DNA of 64,000 nucleotides from a virus (Duplodnaviria; Caudoviricetes): IMG/VR virus record IMGVR_UViG_3300032270_001200, positions 1 to 64,000 of that record; one strand, 5' to 3'. Shown piece by piece: positions 27,968 to 39,769 of this stretch (position 1 is its first letter; each line of letters starts with the position of its first letter). The notes under the pieces were generated by a model. It saw only the letters and a program-made list of their open reading frames with translations, ran no database searches and was not told where the DNA came from. The position numbers and the translations under genes were made by a program.

Positions 27968-29251
27968 ATGGCTCTACCAGGTGTAAAAACAATAATCAAA
28001 GATAGATTTTATAGCATTTCTCGCCAGGATATTCCTGTTGGTCCGAGAGTTGTTCTAATTGCTAAAAGAGAAACAGTCAGTGGAACTGGCAACGTTCAAG
28101 ATCTTGACGTAGTACAAGCTACTGGAGAACAAGATGTTATCACTGCATTCGGTGCAGATTCACAAATCCACAGAGGATATTTTGAACTTGTAGCAGGCGG
28201 AGCCGAAAGAGTATACATCGTTCCACTTCCAGCAGACTCAGTATTCAATCATACAACTGGTGCAATCACCAGCGTAACGTATGCAGCAGCAGGTGGCGGT
28301 AACGTATTTGACGCAGCATTTGAATCAGCAGAAGCTGCACAGCCAGATATCATTGTCCCTTGGGGCCGTGGAACCCACTCAAGCGAGTGGCAAGATCCTG
28401 CAACTCCAGGTGATGACGAAGAGTATGGCTTTTATGCAAACAATGCAACATCGACAAGCAGCTGGGCAGGAAAAATAGCTTACAAGGTAAAGCAAATTTC
28501 CGAGAACTCACATGCATGTTTTGCAATCATGGGAATTAAAGCATATGTTGGAACTTCACAATTCATGACTCCAGCACAGGTTTCTTCTCACCTTTACAAC
28601 TCAGGTGCAGGTCCTGCAAACTTAATCAGCAGAAATTCAACTGTAGATTTTGGAACAAGCGGAGATGGATTGTTTAAGGAAATCGGAAGACACGTTGTAG
28701 TTATTGCCTCAGAACTGAAGCCAGTTAACTACCCAGATGCATGGGGTTTCGCCAATGGCGCAACTACGTTTGCATCAGCAATTAGCAGAATGTCTTCATT
28801 CACTTCACCAGTTAACAAGACTGCCTACAACGTTGCTGCACTAAGATATAACCCAACAAGAACACACCAGAACGGTCTTTCTGAACTCGGCGTAAACTTT
28901 ATTGCATTGAACTTCAATAAGGTTCCTACTTTCGTAGAGGGTTTGACAATGGCAGCAGGAACTTCGGACTACACAAGAATCTCAACAATGAGAATTGTTA
29001 CCGAAGCAGCTCTTTTGGTAAGACAAGTTTGCACGAAGTTTGTTGGCGAGGCATCCACGTTGCAGACACGCAACTCAATGGAAACAGCCATTACTTCGGC
29101 ATTAAAGGGGATGCAACAAGTAGGAGCCTTGCTAGACAGTGACTTTACAGTAAGTTACTGGCCAGCAGAAAACAAGGCGTTTGTTGACCTCGTAATCACG
29201 CCAGCATTTGAACTCAAGAACATTGAAGTTCAAGTAGCTGTCACAATATAA
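27968..29251 (+). CDS. Contractile tail sheath protein
   Basis: MALPGV N-terminus; C-terminal SDYTRISTMRI...FVGE...VITPAFELKNIEVQV. Confidence 0.85.
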   Translation: MALPGVKTIIKDRFYSISRQDIPVGPRVVLIAKRETVSGTGNVQDLDVVQATGEQDVITAFGADSQIHRGYFELVAGGAERVYIVPLPADSVFNHTTGAITSVTYAAAGGGNVFDAAFESAEAAQPDIIVPWGRGTHSSEWQDPATPGDDEEYGFYANNATSTSSWAGKIAYKVKQISENSHACFAIMGIKAYVGTSQFMTPAQVSSHLYNSGAGPANLISRNSTVDFGTSGDGLFKEIGRHVVVIASELKPVNYPDAWGFANGATTFASAISRMSSFTSPVNKTAYNVAALRYNPTRTHQNGLSELGVNFIALNFNKVPTFVEGLTMAAGTSDYTRISTMRIVTEAALLVRQVCTKFVGEASTLQTRNSMETAITSALKGMQQVGALLDSDFTVSYWPAENKAFVDLVITPAFELKNIEVQVAVTI

Positions 29252-29289
29252 TAATCATATAATTAATATACCGAATTGGAGGGTATAAT

Positions 29290-29988
29290 ATGGCTGGTTC
29301 AGACTATTACGACAGCGCGGTCAATAAGTATCTCAATACTTACACCACGTTCTCAGGAGCAGATATCGTAGCTACTTTTGGTGGCATCGAAATTGGAGCT
29401 CTTTCAGGAATTACTTTCTCGGTAACCAGAGAGAAAGCTCCTATTTATACAATGGGTTCACCAAACCCAAGATCGTTCTCAAGAGGCAAGCGTGGAATCG
29501 CAGGCTCATTGATCTTCACAGTGTTTGACCGTCCAGCTCTTTACCAGATGCTTGATGCCAACCACCAGAAGGACAATCCACAAATGTTCTACACCAGAAG
29601 ACATAACACTCTTCCAGGTGATGTTGGACACAAGCGCGGAATTGCAGAATTCTCAGCTCAAGATTCTGACATAGTATCACAGGTTCCATTCTATGCTGAC
29701 CAAATTCCTCCGTTCGACATAACGATCACTTTTGCCAACGAATATGGCCAAGGTGCAGTTCGCTCGATCTATGGCGTTGAACTTCTCAATGAGGGTTCTG
29801 GCGCTTCGATGGACGACATTGTTATCGAAGAAACGATGACTTATGTTGCCAGAGAAATTGGACCAATGTACAGAATAACCACTGATCAGTTGTCCAATGG
29901 CAAGTTTAATACGGGTGATCTGAAAGACATTATCAACAAGGACACGGTAGCAGACGCAGGTCTCAATCCTAAGATAATTAGACCATAA
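29290..29988 (+). CDS. Tail tube protein
   Basis: Follows the sheath gene; FSGADI, ITFSVTREKAP...RGKRGIAGSLIF, PPFDITITFANEYG and GVE...DD...E...YVAR. Confidence 0.8.
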   Translation: MAGSDYYDSAVNKYLNTYTTFSGADIVATFGGIEIGALSGITFSVTREKAPIYTMGSPNPRSFSRGKRGIAGSLIFTVFDRPALYQMLDANHQKDNPQMFYTRRHNTLPGDVGHKRGIAEFSAQDSDIVSQVPFYADQIPPFDITITFANEYGQGAVRSIYGVELLNEGSGASMDDIVIEETMTYVAREIGPMYRITTDQLSNGKFNTGDLKDIINKDTVADAGLNPKIIRP

Positions 29989-30013
29989 GTTATTAAATAA
30001 TTAAAAGTAAGTT

Positions 30014-30057
30014 GATATGGAGGACGGGGGAAACTCTGGTCCTCCATATCTGTTTTT
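30014..30057 (+). terminator. Rho-independent terminator after the tail tube gene
   Basis: 12-bp perfect stem GATATGGAGGAC/GTCCTCCATATC followed by TGTTTTT. Confidence 0.85.
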
Positions 30058-30077
30058 AAGCGCAAAGATAGGACAAC

Positions 30078-30818
30078 ATGGACATAATTGATCCCCTACC
30101 AATCAAACGTGATTTTAGATCAGCAAGTAATAAAAATCTTTACGACACAACCGCTATAAGTAAGATAAGAGCTGAAAAAGGATTACCAGATCCGTTTTCC
30201 AATATGTCATTTGCTGGTACGGATATCACAGCCACAATGGTTATCCCTGCCATAGATAGAGTTGGCGGCACAGTAAGCTCTATGGACGTTCTAGAGCTCG
30301 CAGAAATACAAACCATCTCTTATTCTATACACAGAGAAAATGCTCCTGTTAGAACCTTAGGACACGTAAACCCAAGAGGTTTTGTTAAAGGGGCAAGAAC
30401 AATTGGTGGATCATTAATCTTTACAGTATTCAATGAATACGCTTTTTATAGAATAAAAGAATATAGACAGATAATGGCTGAAACAGGTTTGTTTTTTGCC
30501 CCACTAGCAGACATGCTCCCACCATTTGATATTGTTTTAACATTCTTTAATGAGTACGGTCTCGGCGCTAAAATGAAAATATACGGTGTTACTATAATAG
30601 ACGAAGGCCAGACCATGTCTGTTGACGACCTAATAACAGAACAAACTTATATGTTTATGGCAAGAGGAATACAGCCAATGATTTCGATGGACTATGACCC
30701 AATGTTGCTTGGACCAGATGAAAGTGCAGTCTACAAAGATAGACAAAACAATTATTATGGTGAAGATAAGATGGTAGAATATACTACATTCATTGACAGA
30801 ATAAGAAAGCCAGAGTAA
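30078..30818 (+). CDS. Tail tube paralog (tube initiator/baseplate)
   Basis: SFAGTDI, ISYSIHRE..PVR..G...RTIGGSLIF and PPFDI...NEYG, shared with 29290. Confidence 0.75.
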   Translation: MDIIDPLPIKRDFRSASNKNLYDTTAISKIRAEKGLPDPFSNMSFAGTDITATMVIPAIDRVGGTVSSMDVLELAEIQTISYSIHRENAPVRTLGHVNPRGFVKGARTIGGSLIFTVFNEYAFYRIKEYRQIMAETGLFFAPLADMLPPFDIVLTFFNEYGLGAKMKIYGVTIIDEGQTMSVDDLITEQTYMFMARGIQPMISMDYDPMLLGPDESAVYKDRQNNYYGEDKMVEYTTFIDRIRKPE

Positions 30819-30821
30819 TTT

Positions 30822-31883
30822 ATGGCAGGACCAATTGATTACGGCAGGATAATAGGCAGGAAACCATTCAGGCCATTTAGCGCTTATCTTCCACCAGAGA
30901 TTAAGATATCAAAAGAAAACAATGACTTTTCTTTAATTAGTCCACAATCCTTTGATCCGCTAAATGAAAACATAGATTTACAATGGGCAGGAAAAGTAGA
31001 CGACACAAATAAATTTAATAATTATTATGATTATTACTTTAGTGGTGAAGACATTAAAGTATACATTGATGGACTTTTTGATGCCGGAGATGAGTTAGAC
31101 ATGGCAGGTTTTGCATTTACAATTAGCCAGCAAAAAGCTCCACTGTTTGGATTTTGGTCTTATAACTATGATGTTATGATGACCGGAACAAGAATTGTAA
31201 ATGGACAAATGACCATACATAGCAGATATCCAGGAAGAATGAAAGACCTTTTATCCAAAGCTGCTAAAGTAAGAACTGATTTTTATTCTGATAAACCAAG
31301 TTCTCAAATTCAATCATACTTAAGAAGCGACTCAGAAGATATTGAAGATGAAAAAAACGTACAAAAATGGTGGGCCAATAGTCAGTTAGATAGACTTGGA
31401 TCAGACGGCAGAGGTTCTGATAATAGAAACATTTTTAGTGCTCATCCACCTTTTAACTTTGTTATCAAATATGGAACTCAAGAAGGTTCAATGACCACAC
31501 TGGCCAGAAATGAGGGGACTCAAAGTGATTCAAATTATGACACCCTCGACAGGTTAATGTCACTTGATGTTAACGATAGATTAGTGCAAAGAAACCCATC
31601 TGGTCCATTTCAAATGGATATTGTTTTGCAAAGCGTACACTTGAACTCAATGAGCACAAGCTATGCCGCAGGAGGCATGTTAGTTATTGAATCTTACGAT
31701 TTTACTGCCAGAGATATGTATGTATCAGATGGAAAACTAAAGGAACCAGAAAACGGTACAATAACGGTAAATGAGCAAAAGGGTTCTCTAGGAACTGATC
31801 CAAACAAGGTGCAAGCACCTCCTACCCAAGAGCAGCTTCTGACCATAAAAGATAGGGCAGTTCTTTTTGAAAGACCAATGTAA
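30822..31883 (+). CDS. Third tube-fold protein (baseplate-proximal)
   Basis: YFSGEDI, QKAPLFG...GTRIVNG, PPFNFVI.YG and E.YDFTARD. Confidence 0.65.
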   Translation: MAGPIDYGRIIGRKPFRPFSAYLPPEIKISKENNDFSLISPQSFDPLNENIDLQWAGKVDDTNKFNNYYDYYFSGEDIKVYIDGLFDAGDELDMAGFAFTISQQKAPLFGFWSYNYDVMMTGTRIVNGQMTIHSRYPGRMKDLLSKAAKVRTDFYSDKPSSQIQSYLRSDSEDIEDEKNVQKWWANSQLDRLGSDGRGSDNRNIFSAHPPFNFVIKYGTQEGSMTTLARNEGTQSDSNYDTLDRLMSLDVNDRLVQRNPSGPFQMDIVLQSVHLNSMSTSYAAGGMLVIESYDFTARDMYVSDGKLKEPENGTITVNEQKGSLGTDPNKVQAPPTQEQLLTIKDRAVLFERPM

Positions 31884-31907
31884 TATAAAAATACAATAGA
31901 AAATATG

Positions 31908-31916
31908 TGATATAAT
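31908..31916 (+). promoter_or_regulatory. Extended -10 promoter (TGATATAAT)
   Basis: Consensus match in intergenic DNA before the chaperone genes. Confidence 0.6.
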
Positions 31917-31949
31917 TTTTGATGTGACTATAGTTAATAGGAGAAAAAA

Positions 31950-32471
31950 ATGAACGAAGCTAGAAAAGTTGTAGTTAAAGATTCGCCAGAAATTGCAGAA
32001 GAAGTAGGAGCTGACTCAGTACTGATTCTGTCAGAAGAAGTCGACACGCAGGAAACTATGCAAGAAGTTGAAGCCGATGAAGAGATTGCATTAGGAGTAG
32101 AAGACTTGCCAGATGACGAATTGATTTGGCCTGGCGGTCCAACTGCAGGACAGATTAAATTGTGGAAGCAAGAATACGGTGATGTTTACGTAACCTCAAT
32201 CACCTATGACAAGCACATTGCTTGGAGAACTTTGAATAGACTTGAGTACAAAAATCTCGTTAAGAAGATGGAACAACTTGTGCAAGCAGGTCAATTAACT
32301 CAAAGCGAAGCAAATCTCTGGAACGAAGAAGCAATTACTGAAATATGCATTCTTTACCCAGCTTATGATAAGCAGTCTTTGGTTTCAGAAATGGCTGGAC
32401 TTCCTTCCTTGATCTCACAAGAAGTTCTTGAAGCATCTGGATTCTTAGCTCTTGAGGTAAGACAGCTCTAA
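31950..32471 (+). CDS. Tail assembly chaperone-like protein
   Basis: WKQEYGDVY, WRTLNRLEYK and AGLPSLISQEVLEASGF; lies between the tube and tape-measure-like genes. Confidence 0.7.
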   Translation: MNEARKVVVKDSPEIAEEVGADSVLILSEEVDTQETMQEVEADEEIALGVEDLPDDELIWPGGPTAGQIKLWKQEYGDVYVTSITYDKHIAWRTLNRLEYKNLVKKMEQLVQAGQLTQSEANLWNEEAITEICILYPAYDKQSLVSEMAGLPSLISQEVLEASGFLALEVRQL

Positions 32472-32475
32472 TAAT

Positions 32476-33102
32476 ATGATTACCCCAGAGTTTTTATATG
32501 AATTAAAATCCTTATACGGCTCTGTATTTGAAACATATTTAAAAAAAGACTTAGTATTATTCCGCGAACTAACCTTTGCTGAGTTTGATCAAATAACAGA
32601 GCATCAAAATTCTGGAGAATCTTCTGCTGAAATAGAAGAACTAATTATAAAACTTGGTGTTATTTATCCAGAAAATATTAATGTAGATAGCTATCCTGCA
32701 GGAATAGTCTCAGCTCTAGCTGAGGAAATACTAGAAGAATCTGGCTTTGCATCGCCCAAAAAAGCTAAAAGAATACTAGACGAAAAAAGAATAGAAGCTT
32801 CTGAAGTAAGAAGCTTAATGAAAGCTTTTGTTTTGGCTACTATAACATCGTATACTCCAGAAGATCTAGACAATCTTACCTATACCAAACTGGCGCAAAA
32901 AGTAGCTTTATCAGAAAAGATAATGGAAATCAAACAAGCTATTTTAGGTATGGAATCAACAAACGTAACGCTCCAATTGGTGGATCCAGAAGAAATAATG
33001 GAACAGCAAGAAGATATGGCTAAGCGATACAACCAGTCTAGAAAAGAAGGCGAAGCAAAATACAATGACCCTGTTGCACAAAAGCTTTGGGGCGCAAGAT
33101 AG
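32476..33102 (+). CDS. Second tail assembly chaperone-like protein (paralog of 31950)
   Basis: LKSLYGSVF, FRELTFAEF and AGIVSALAEEILEESGF. Confidence 0.65.
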   Translation: MITPEFLYELKSLYGSVFETYLKKDLVLFRELTFAEFDQITEHQNSGESSAEIEELIIKLGVIYPENINVDSYPAGIVSALAEEILEESGFASPKKAKRILDEKRIEASEVRSLMKAFVLATITSYTPEDLDNLTYTKLAQKVALSEKIMEIKQAILGMESTNVTLQLVDPEEIMEQQEDMAKRYNQSRKEGEAKYNDPVAQKLWGAR

Positions 33103-33119
33103 TAGAAGGGTAGTTTGTC

Positions 33120-36100
33120 TTGCTAAGAGATAAGGTTCCATTACATAGTCTAGGTCATGGTGTAACCAGCCGAGATATAAGTGCAGCAGATAATGAGGAA
33201 CAACGTCCCGCTTCTAATGCTGGCTATATAGGTAAGTTCCTTAACGACAAACCAATAATAAAATATCTTTCTTCTACAGTATTGACTTTAGGAGCTAGCT
33301 TAGTCTTAAGTAAAGGACTAAGCAAAGGTGGCTTAAAACTAGCTTCTACAATTCAAAAGTCAGCAGATAGTGGATCTCAATTAGGAACTAGAGCTGTAAG
33401 AACAGCTGGGCAAATTAAGAAAACCTTAGATGAATTAGAAGGTTTAAATAGATATATTGAAGATGCGGTTGATCCATATTCAAGGTTAGTCAACACAAAA
33501 GCTGATGGCTCCATATCTAAACCAATATTAACTAAATTAGCTGGACCAGGTTATGTATCAGACGGTACAAGGTGGATGACCGCTAAAGAATTTAGGGCAG
33601 CATCAACTGGTGCCGAACCAGCAGCGATATGGTCTTACAGGGATCAATTGCAGCAAAATCTTGTTAGGAATGCAAGAACATTAGCTATTGGACTACCAAG
33701 CACATACATCGTTCAACGAGGTGTAACTGGTCCATTGTTTGGCAATGATGATGACAGGCCAAGGGGGAAATGGTATAACCCGGTAGACGTTATCACCGAC
33801 TTTGTTACGCAATCAACTAGAAACATAACAAACTTAGTTTTGCCAACTGCTATTGCAAGCGCAGGGGTAAGCAGAATGAGAACTTTAGTTGATTCTCCTT
33901 ACCAAGATTTCCCACTACCTTTAACAAAAAATCAAAAAAAGACATCGAACAAAATAGCTGATGTAAAAACAATATTAAACTCTTTTGGACAAGATGCGGG
34001 CAACTTATTAAATAAAGCAACTAGAATTAGTGCGTCTGCATCAACTGCTTTTAATACATCTTGGCAAGAATCACAATCAAAAGAATCTGGATTTGTAAAC
34101 TCACTGTCTCAGGCAAGAAGAGGCGCAGCTGCTGCCAGAGCGGCCTCAGAGCTCTCTGGTGAGGGCAAACTAAGAGCAGCAGCAAAGTTCGCCAAAGCTG
34201 GTCTCGTAGGCTATCAGGGGCCTGTATCAACCTCTTCTGGCCGCTCCGTTGAAGATCTAGCAGGCCTTGCAGACACAATACCGGCAATAAGAAATCTTCC
34301 TTCCGCAACAAGAACGTTTGCAAGAGAATTTAAAAAGACACGTAACGCTTATGATGTAATATCTGGAGCAATCACATTTGACGAAGGCTTAAGAAGAGCC
34401 AGCGGAGATCCTACAGCAGCAGCAGATATTTTAAATAAGACTATCATAAGCCTGAGGCAGCAACACACAAGTAGATTTGTTCACCTTGTGGGCGGCAGCG
34501 TTGCAGCAAGAAGTATGGCAAATCCTGATGGCACAACAGGAAGAAAAGGTGTATTTACTTCTAACTTTGAACAAAACGCATATAATAAAACTTTAACAGA
34601 ACAATTAGTAACTAGAGGTTATGGTAGAGCTGAAGCAGAAGATTTTGTATCTGGATTAAAAATCAAAGGACTACCAAGCCCTAATGATACATCATTAAGA
34701 AGTGTTTCGCAAAGAATAACCTATGGCGTTAAACCAATTACAGTAGATGATGATGATAGCTTTTTTCAAATGCTTGCAAAAAGAGCAGAAAAAGATTTAG
34801 GAACAAAAGCAAAAAACTTTGATCCTGAAACGTTAAAAGAAGCATTTACTACAACAGACAGAATTTTTTCTGGGGAAACGTTTAGACAATCTTTATCACA
34901 AAGGGCAGAGTTATCGTTTAAGCAAGATGTGGAAGACCATATCACTAACGTAACTGCTGCAGTTTTAAGACCTCAAAAAGCTGTGTTTGGTGACTTCACT
35001 GGAGAAATAAGCGCAACAAAGCAAGAGTTCTTATCAAGAAAAGTATCACAATCTCTCCGGAATAACGCTAACAAAAGCTGATGGGACTCTAACCTCAGCA
35101 TCATACATAGCTAATGAATTAGCTAAAAGAGGAATAGATAGTTCAGATGCTGATCAATTAAAACAAATATTAATTGACAAGAGGTTAATGACTAGGCCAT
35201 CAAGTGTTGGTGGATATAACTTCTTAGGTTTAAGAGAAATAAGCGTAGACACAGCTTTCGACAGAGGAATATTTAGTCATCTTCCAGCAGATCAACAATT
35301 AGAAGCTAGAAGATTATTTGGAGCTATTGCCAGAAAAGATCCTGTATCTAGAAGGTTTGGATATACTGCTCTAAGTGGAGTTTATGAAAATCAAAATGGA
35401 CAAATATTAGATACCACAAAAATTAGATCAGCTGCAAGATCTTCTGTTGATTTTTTAACAGATCAACTTAAGATACCTTTTGTAAACTTCAACCCACTAC
35501 AGATGCTTGGTTTTGGTGGCGCAGCAGGTATAGATAAAAACAAAGAGTTTGAATTTCTCCCAGGAACTTCAAGGCAAGCTTTCCTCGGTGGTGCTCAAGC
35601 TCCAGATGTCTATATGTGGACAAAAAAGAAAAATAGATTATTTGGAGATACTGGAAACTTAGTTGGCTTTACTGAGGGCCAAGGCATAAAAGCTATGCCT
35701 GGAGAGTACAAGAGATTCTCCTCTGTTGAAACAGATCTTTTTGCACGCGCAGCTCGTTTATCTTCCGCAAGAGATGGTATAAGAGCTTCTGAAGTAGAAG
35801 GTTCTCGTGTAACAAGAAGGGAAAGATTCAGTAGATTCTTTGACATAGATGAAGAGCAGCCAAACTCAATTTTTAGGTATGCAAGAAGATTTAGAAAAAG
35901 ATATACAGACATAAACAATCCTCAGATAATGAGTCAATTGTTACAAGAGGGTGAAGTAGTAAACCCGATAACAAAAAGAAGAATTTCCTTAACTCAAACA
36001 GATGGTCAATTTAGTGTAGTAAATCAAGCTGGTAAAGAAGTCCATAATCATACCGATGTTTTAAAGGCATTTGATGCATTTAGAGAGCAGACTGAGTTAG

Positions 36101-39100
36101 CAGCAACGCCACGAAGAGTAATGAGATCTATAGAAGAGCAGTTTGGATTACCACTTCTTGATGTCGGACAGGGAAGAAAGTTAGCTGTAAGCGAATTACA
36201 AACTCCGCAAGATATTGTTGCAGCAGTAGAAGCTACTAAAATAAGATTTGAATCTCTAAAAGGCAGATTAAGATACGGTGGAACTCAAACAGAGGGTTTG
36301 ACTAGGCAAATAAATAGACTAACTAATCTAGCTGAAGATACAGAAATTCTTTCTGCCGCTCAAATAAAAAACGCATCTCCATCAATTTTAAATAGAACTG
36401 ATCGCTTAAGAAATGTTCTTCATAGAACGCTTCTAGAAATGCATGCATATGAAAACATGGCAGGTAATCCAACTGAATTAGCCATCAAGGTTGAAGAAGC
36501 AATAGCAAGTTTGGCAAAAGATAAATTAATTTCACCAAACCAAATAGCGGAAGCTAGAGCAGCTGGACTTTCGACAGTTCTAAACATAGCATCGTTTAGA
36601 AATTTTGATGTAGCTGCGCAAAATGGAAGAAATGCTGCCAGTACATTATCTTACTTAACCGAACAAAGATCAAGTAATCCAGAATTTAAAAAAGCTTTAA
36701 AAAGATTAACTCAACCATATAGTTCTCAATCAATATCTAACGTTGGCGCAGCTGGGTTTAGTAGGTATTCTTCTATTGTAAGACCTACCTTTAGAAAATT
36801 TACAAGCGTTGCACCCTATCAGGTTGACGAGCTGTCTGAGAACCCACTAGGTAATGCTGGGCTCACATTTGTTCCTACTTTTAGTACGGTTTTAGATAGA
36901 GCATTTACTGGTGAAAGTTCATTTGGAAAAATAGGACTAAGTGTATTAGGCGCAAATTCTTATTCAGATCCAAATAGTTTTAGCGCAGCTTCAATTGCAT
37001 CGATACATCTTAGTGATAGATTAAATAGATATCCTGGTACAGTTGGATTAGGATTAACTCCAGAAAATTATGGAAGTCCATTAGGTTTCTTTGCAAAAGG
37101 ATTAGTAGCTAGAAGAGTACTTCCAATTTTTGCAGCTGGTGCAACAGTAATAGCAGCAGACAGAACTATAGGTGGCTATACCCAACCCAAAGATGCTAGA
37201 GGTGAAAGAGTATACTCGCCATACTTTGGCACCAAGCTTGCTAGAGGAGCAGTTGAAGTCCAGTCAATAGCTTCTGGTATCACTCCTGGTGGAATGGGCT
37301 ATGGAGAAAAGAAGGAACAATTACTGGAAGGGGAAGTGCCAATAAAGCAAGGTAGGTATTGGCCACTTGGCGTTACACCATTTGGTGGAGGAAAGACTTC
37401 GTATTATAGGCCTTCATACTACAGAAGAATGCAGTCAGGCAGCACATATACTTCTGATGCATTTGGTTCTCCAATGGAAAGATTGGCTTATGGCTACGAT
37501 TTTTCTCCATTGCGACCATTTGACCCATACAGATTTGAAAGAAAACATTACTACGACAGGCCAGCACCTCTAACTGGCGAATACTTTACTGGACCATTTG
37601 GGCCAATAACTCCAGCTCTCAACTTAACTGTAGGCAAGATTCTAAAACCACAGGTAAGAATGCATGAGCAGGAAGTTGAAAATGCTCTTAGCCAGTATGT
37701 TCCTGCGGGAGCACAAGGGGCTTACAATCCGACTGGAATAATGTCTTCTGGGCGCTTGACTATGGTTGGTCCTGGAGGTTATATAGGGGCACAGACAGCT
37801 GGTCCAAGATCATCTTTAATGGTCTCGGGCAACCAAATAGGTAGTTATAATAGTTCGCTATCAGCATCAGCGGGTTCTCCATTAAATACTGCAAGAAATA
37901 TATCCTTTAATACAATTGCAACTGCAAACCAAGGATACATCGAAGCTGGGCAATATGGTCCACCACCAGTTCCTGGATTTATCCCTCCAGGAATTGCACC
38001 AGCAGGAAAACCAGCCAATATTGGAAGTAGTGGATTCCAAATGTCAGAGATGGCCTATAGAACTCAAGAAATGGCTGGTATATATGGATTTAGTTTCTCT
38101 AGCTTAAGAGAAGGTTTAGGATTTGGTAACAGTGATTTCCAGCCAAATAGAGCCGTACTGCAATCATCTTCAAAGAGCTATGGAATAGGTAGATCATTTT
38201 GGGATATGAACCTTGGTGGTTTAGGTGACGTCCCACTGGGAATGGAAAATGGATTTAGTGGACTAGAACTTTCAGAAATAACAAGAAGATTTATTCCTAA
38301 AGAAAGAACAGATATTACATATTTGAATCCCATAAAAAATACTATGGGACAAAAGTATCCGTTTCTTCCTGGATCAGATTATTTTACCAATTTCCAAACA
38401 GGAGATCCATTCACAAAAATACAAGAAGGCGAGTTAAGGTTACCTGGTGTTGCATATGAAAGGTTGAATCCAACTAGAAGAGATTACACTAACCCAGTAA
38501 CACAACTAGACATACTTGGAGATGTTGCACCCTACTCAAGGCAATATCGAGCTCTTGATAGGCAGCTAACAATGGGGATGCTGTCGCCAGCAGAAAGAAT
38601 TGAAGTAGAAAAAATAAGAGGGCAAGTCGCAGAAACAACTAGAAAAAATACATTTAAGCCATATAAATATAAATATAATTCTGCAGAAGAATTAGGTATA
38701 AGTCAGGCAAAAAAAAGCATAGGTCAACTTGGCGAATATCTTGCCCATAAAGATACATATATTAATACTAAACTATTTCCTAATAGAACTGCTCAAGAAG
38801 ATTGGGAAAGAAGAAATGTTTATGGTTCATCATTCCCTGAATGGCAAAGTCCAATTGATAGCTTCGTTAAACCAATATTATATAAATCAACTCAAAGAAA
38901 TCCTCTGACAGCTGCACTTGGTACTGCATTTATAGCATCATTTGCTGGTGTAGGGACCACAGGAAAAGCAATAACTTCAGCAATAGGTTTTTCTGCTGGG
39001 CTAGCTTATTCTGGTTACCAAAACATAAAACAAAAAGTTACTGGCGAAAGGTTTATACCAAAACCAAGAAAAGAACAAATGGCTTTGGAAGAATATACAG

Positions 39101-39765
39101 ACATTCTTTCTTATGTAAAAAATAGAAGACTTGCAAACGAAGCTGCACAAGCAGGAGATAATGCGGCAGCTGCTCAATTTACGCAAGCAGCGAAGAGAAC
39201 AATGTATGGGGCAGACTTATATAACAGCTCTATGCCTTCTGACTCATATGGCAATAGTATAGACACATTATCTTTAGCTATACCAAAAAGAAAAAGAGAA
39301 CATTTTAAAGCAATGATCGCAGCGCCAGAAGAAGAAAGAGATGCGATTCTTTCAACAGCTCCAAGGCTAGAAAGAAGAATTTATCAAGCAGCATGGGGTA
39401 GACCAGTTGAAGAAAAACCAGATCTTACAGAATTTTTTTCTAGACACGAACTGCCAGATCTAAGCTGGGAAGGATGGCACCCGAATACAAGCATGGAACA
39501 TATTAAAATAAAGATGGGACAGAATGCAGGAATTAACATGTCTCAGATGGGTTATTACCCACAGCAAATTCGTGAAGCAAATTTAACTAATCCATCATAT
39601 CCAAACTATGAATCATCTCAAAACCCAGAAAACACAGCAGCGCAATTAAGGTTAATGATGTCTAGGAACGGAATAAATGGATCAGTTACACCAGTTAGAA
39701 ACAATGGTGGTGGCTCTGCGATCAATATATCATCAGGTCTTGCTGGCATAGCTACGCTACTATAA
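33120..39765 (+). CDS. Giant tape-measure-like tail protein; needs a +1 shift at CGG 35058 (about 2214 aa)
   Basis: ORF 33120..35081 overlaps a +1 frame that is open from 35011 into ORF 35188..39765. Ala/Gly/Arg-rich with hydrophobic segments; follows the chaperone genes. Confidence 0.65.
35058..35061 (+). other. Candidate +1 recoding site CTC-CGG-A
   Basis: The only in-frame CGG seen in the fused gene; it lies within the shift window 35011-35078. Confidence 0.7.
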
Positions 39766-39769
39766 CATC

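Noticed and set aside
30589-30596. TTACTATA inside CDS 30078 (also at 59455-59462)
   Set aside because: Intragenic and over 200 nt from the next start; may be chance in AT-rich DNA.
31950-33102. Lambda G/GT-type -1 frameshift between the chaperone genes
   Set aside because: No slippery heptamer was seen before the stop at 32469-32471, the second gene has its own ATG, and the two genes are paralogs.
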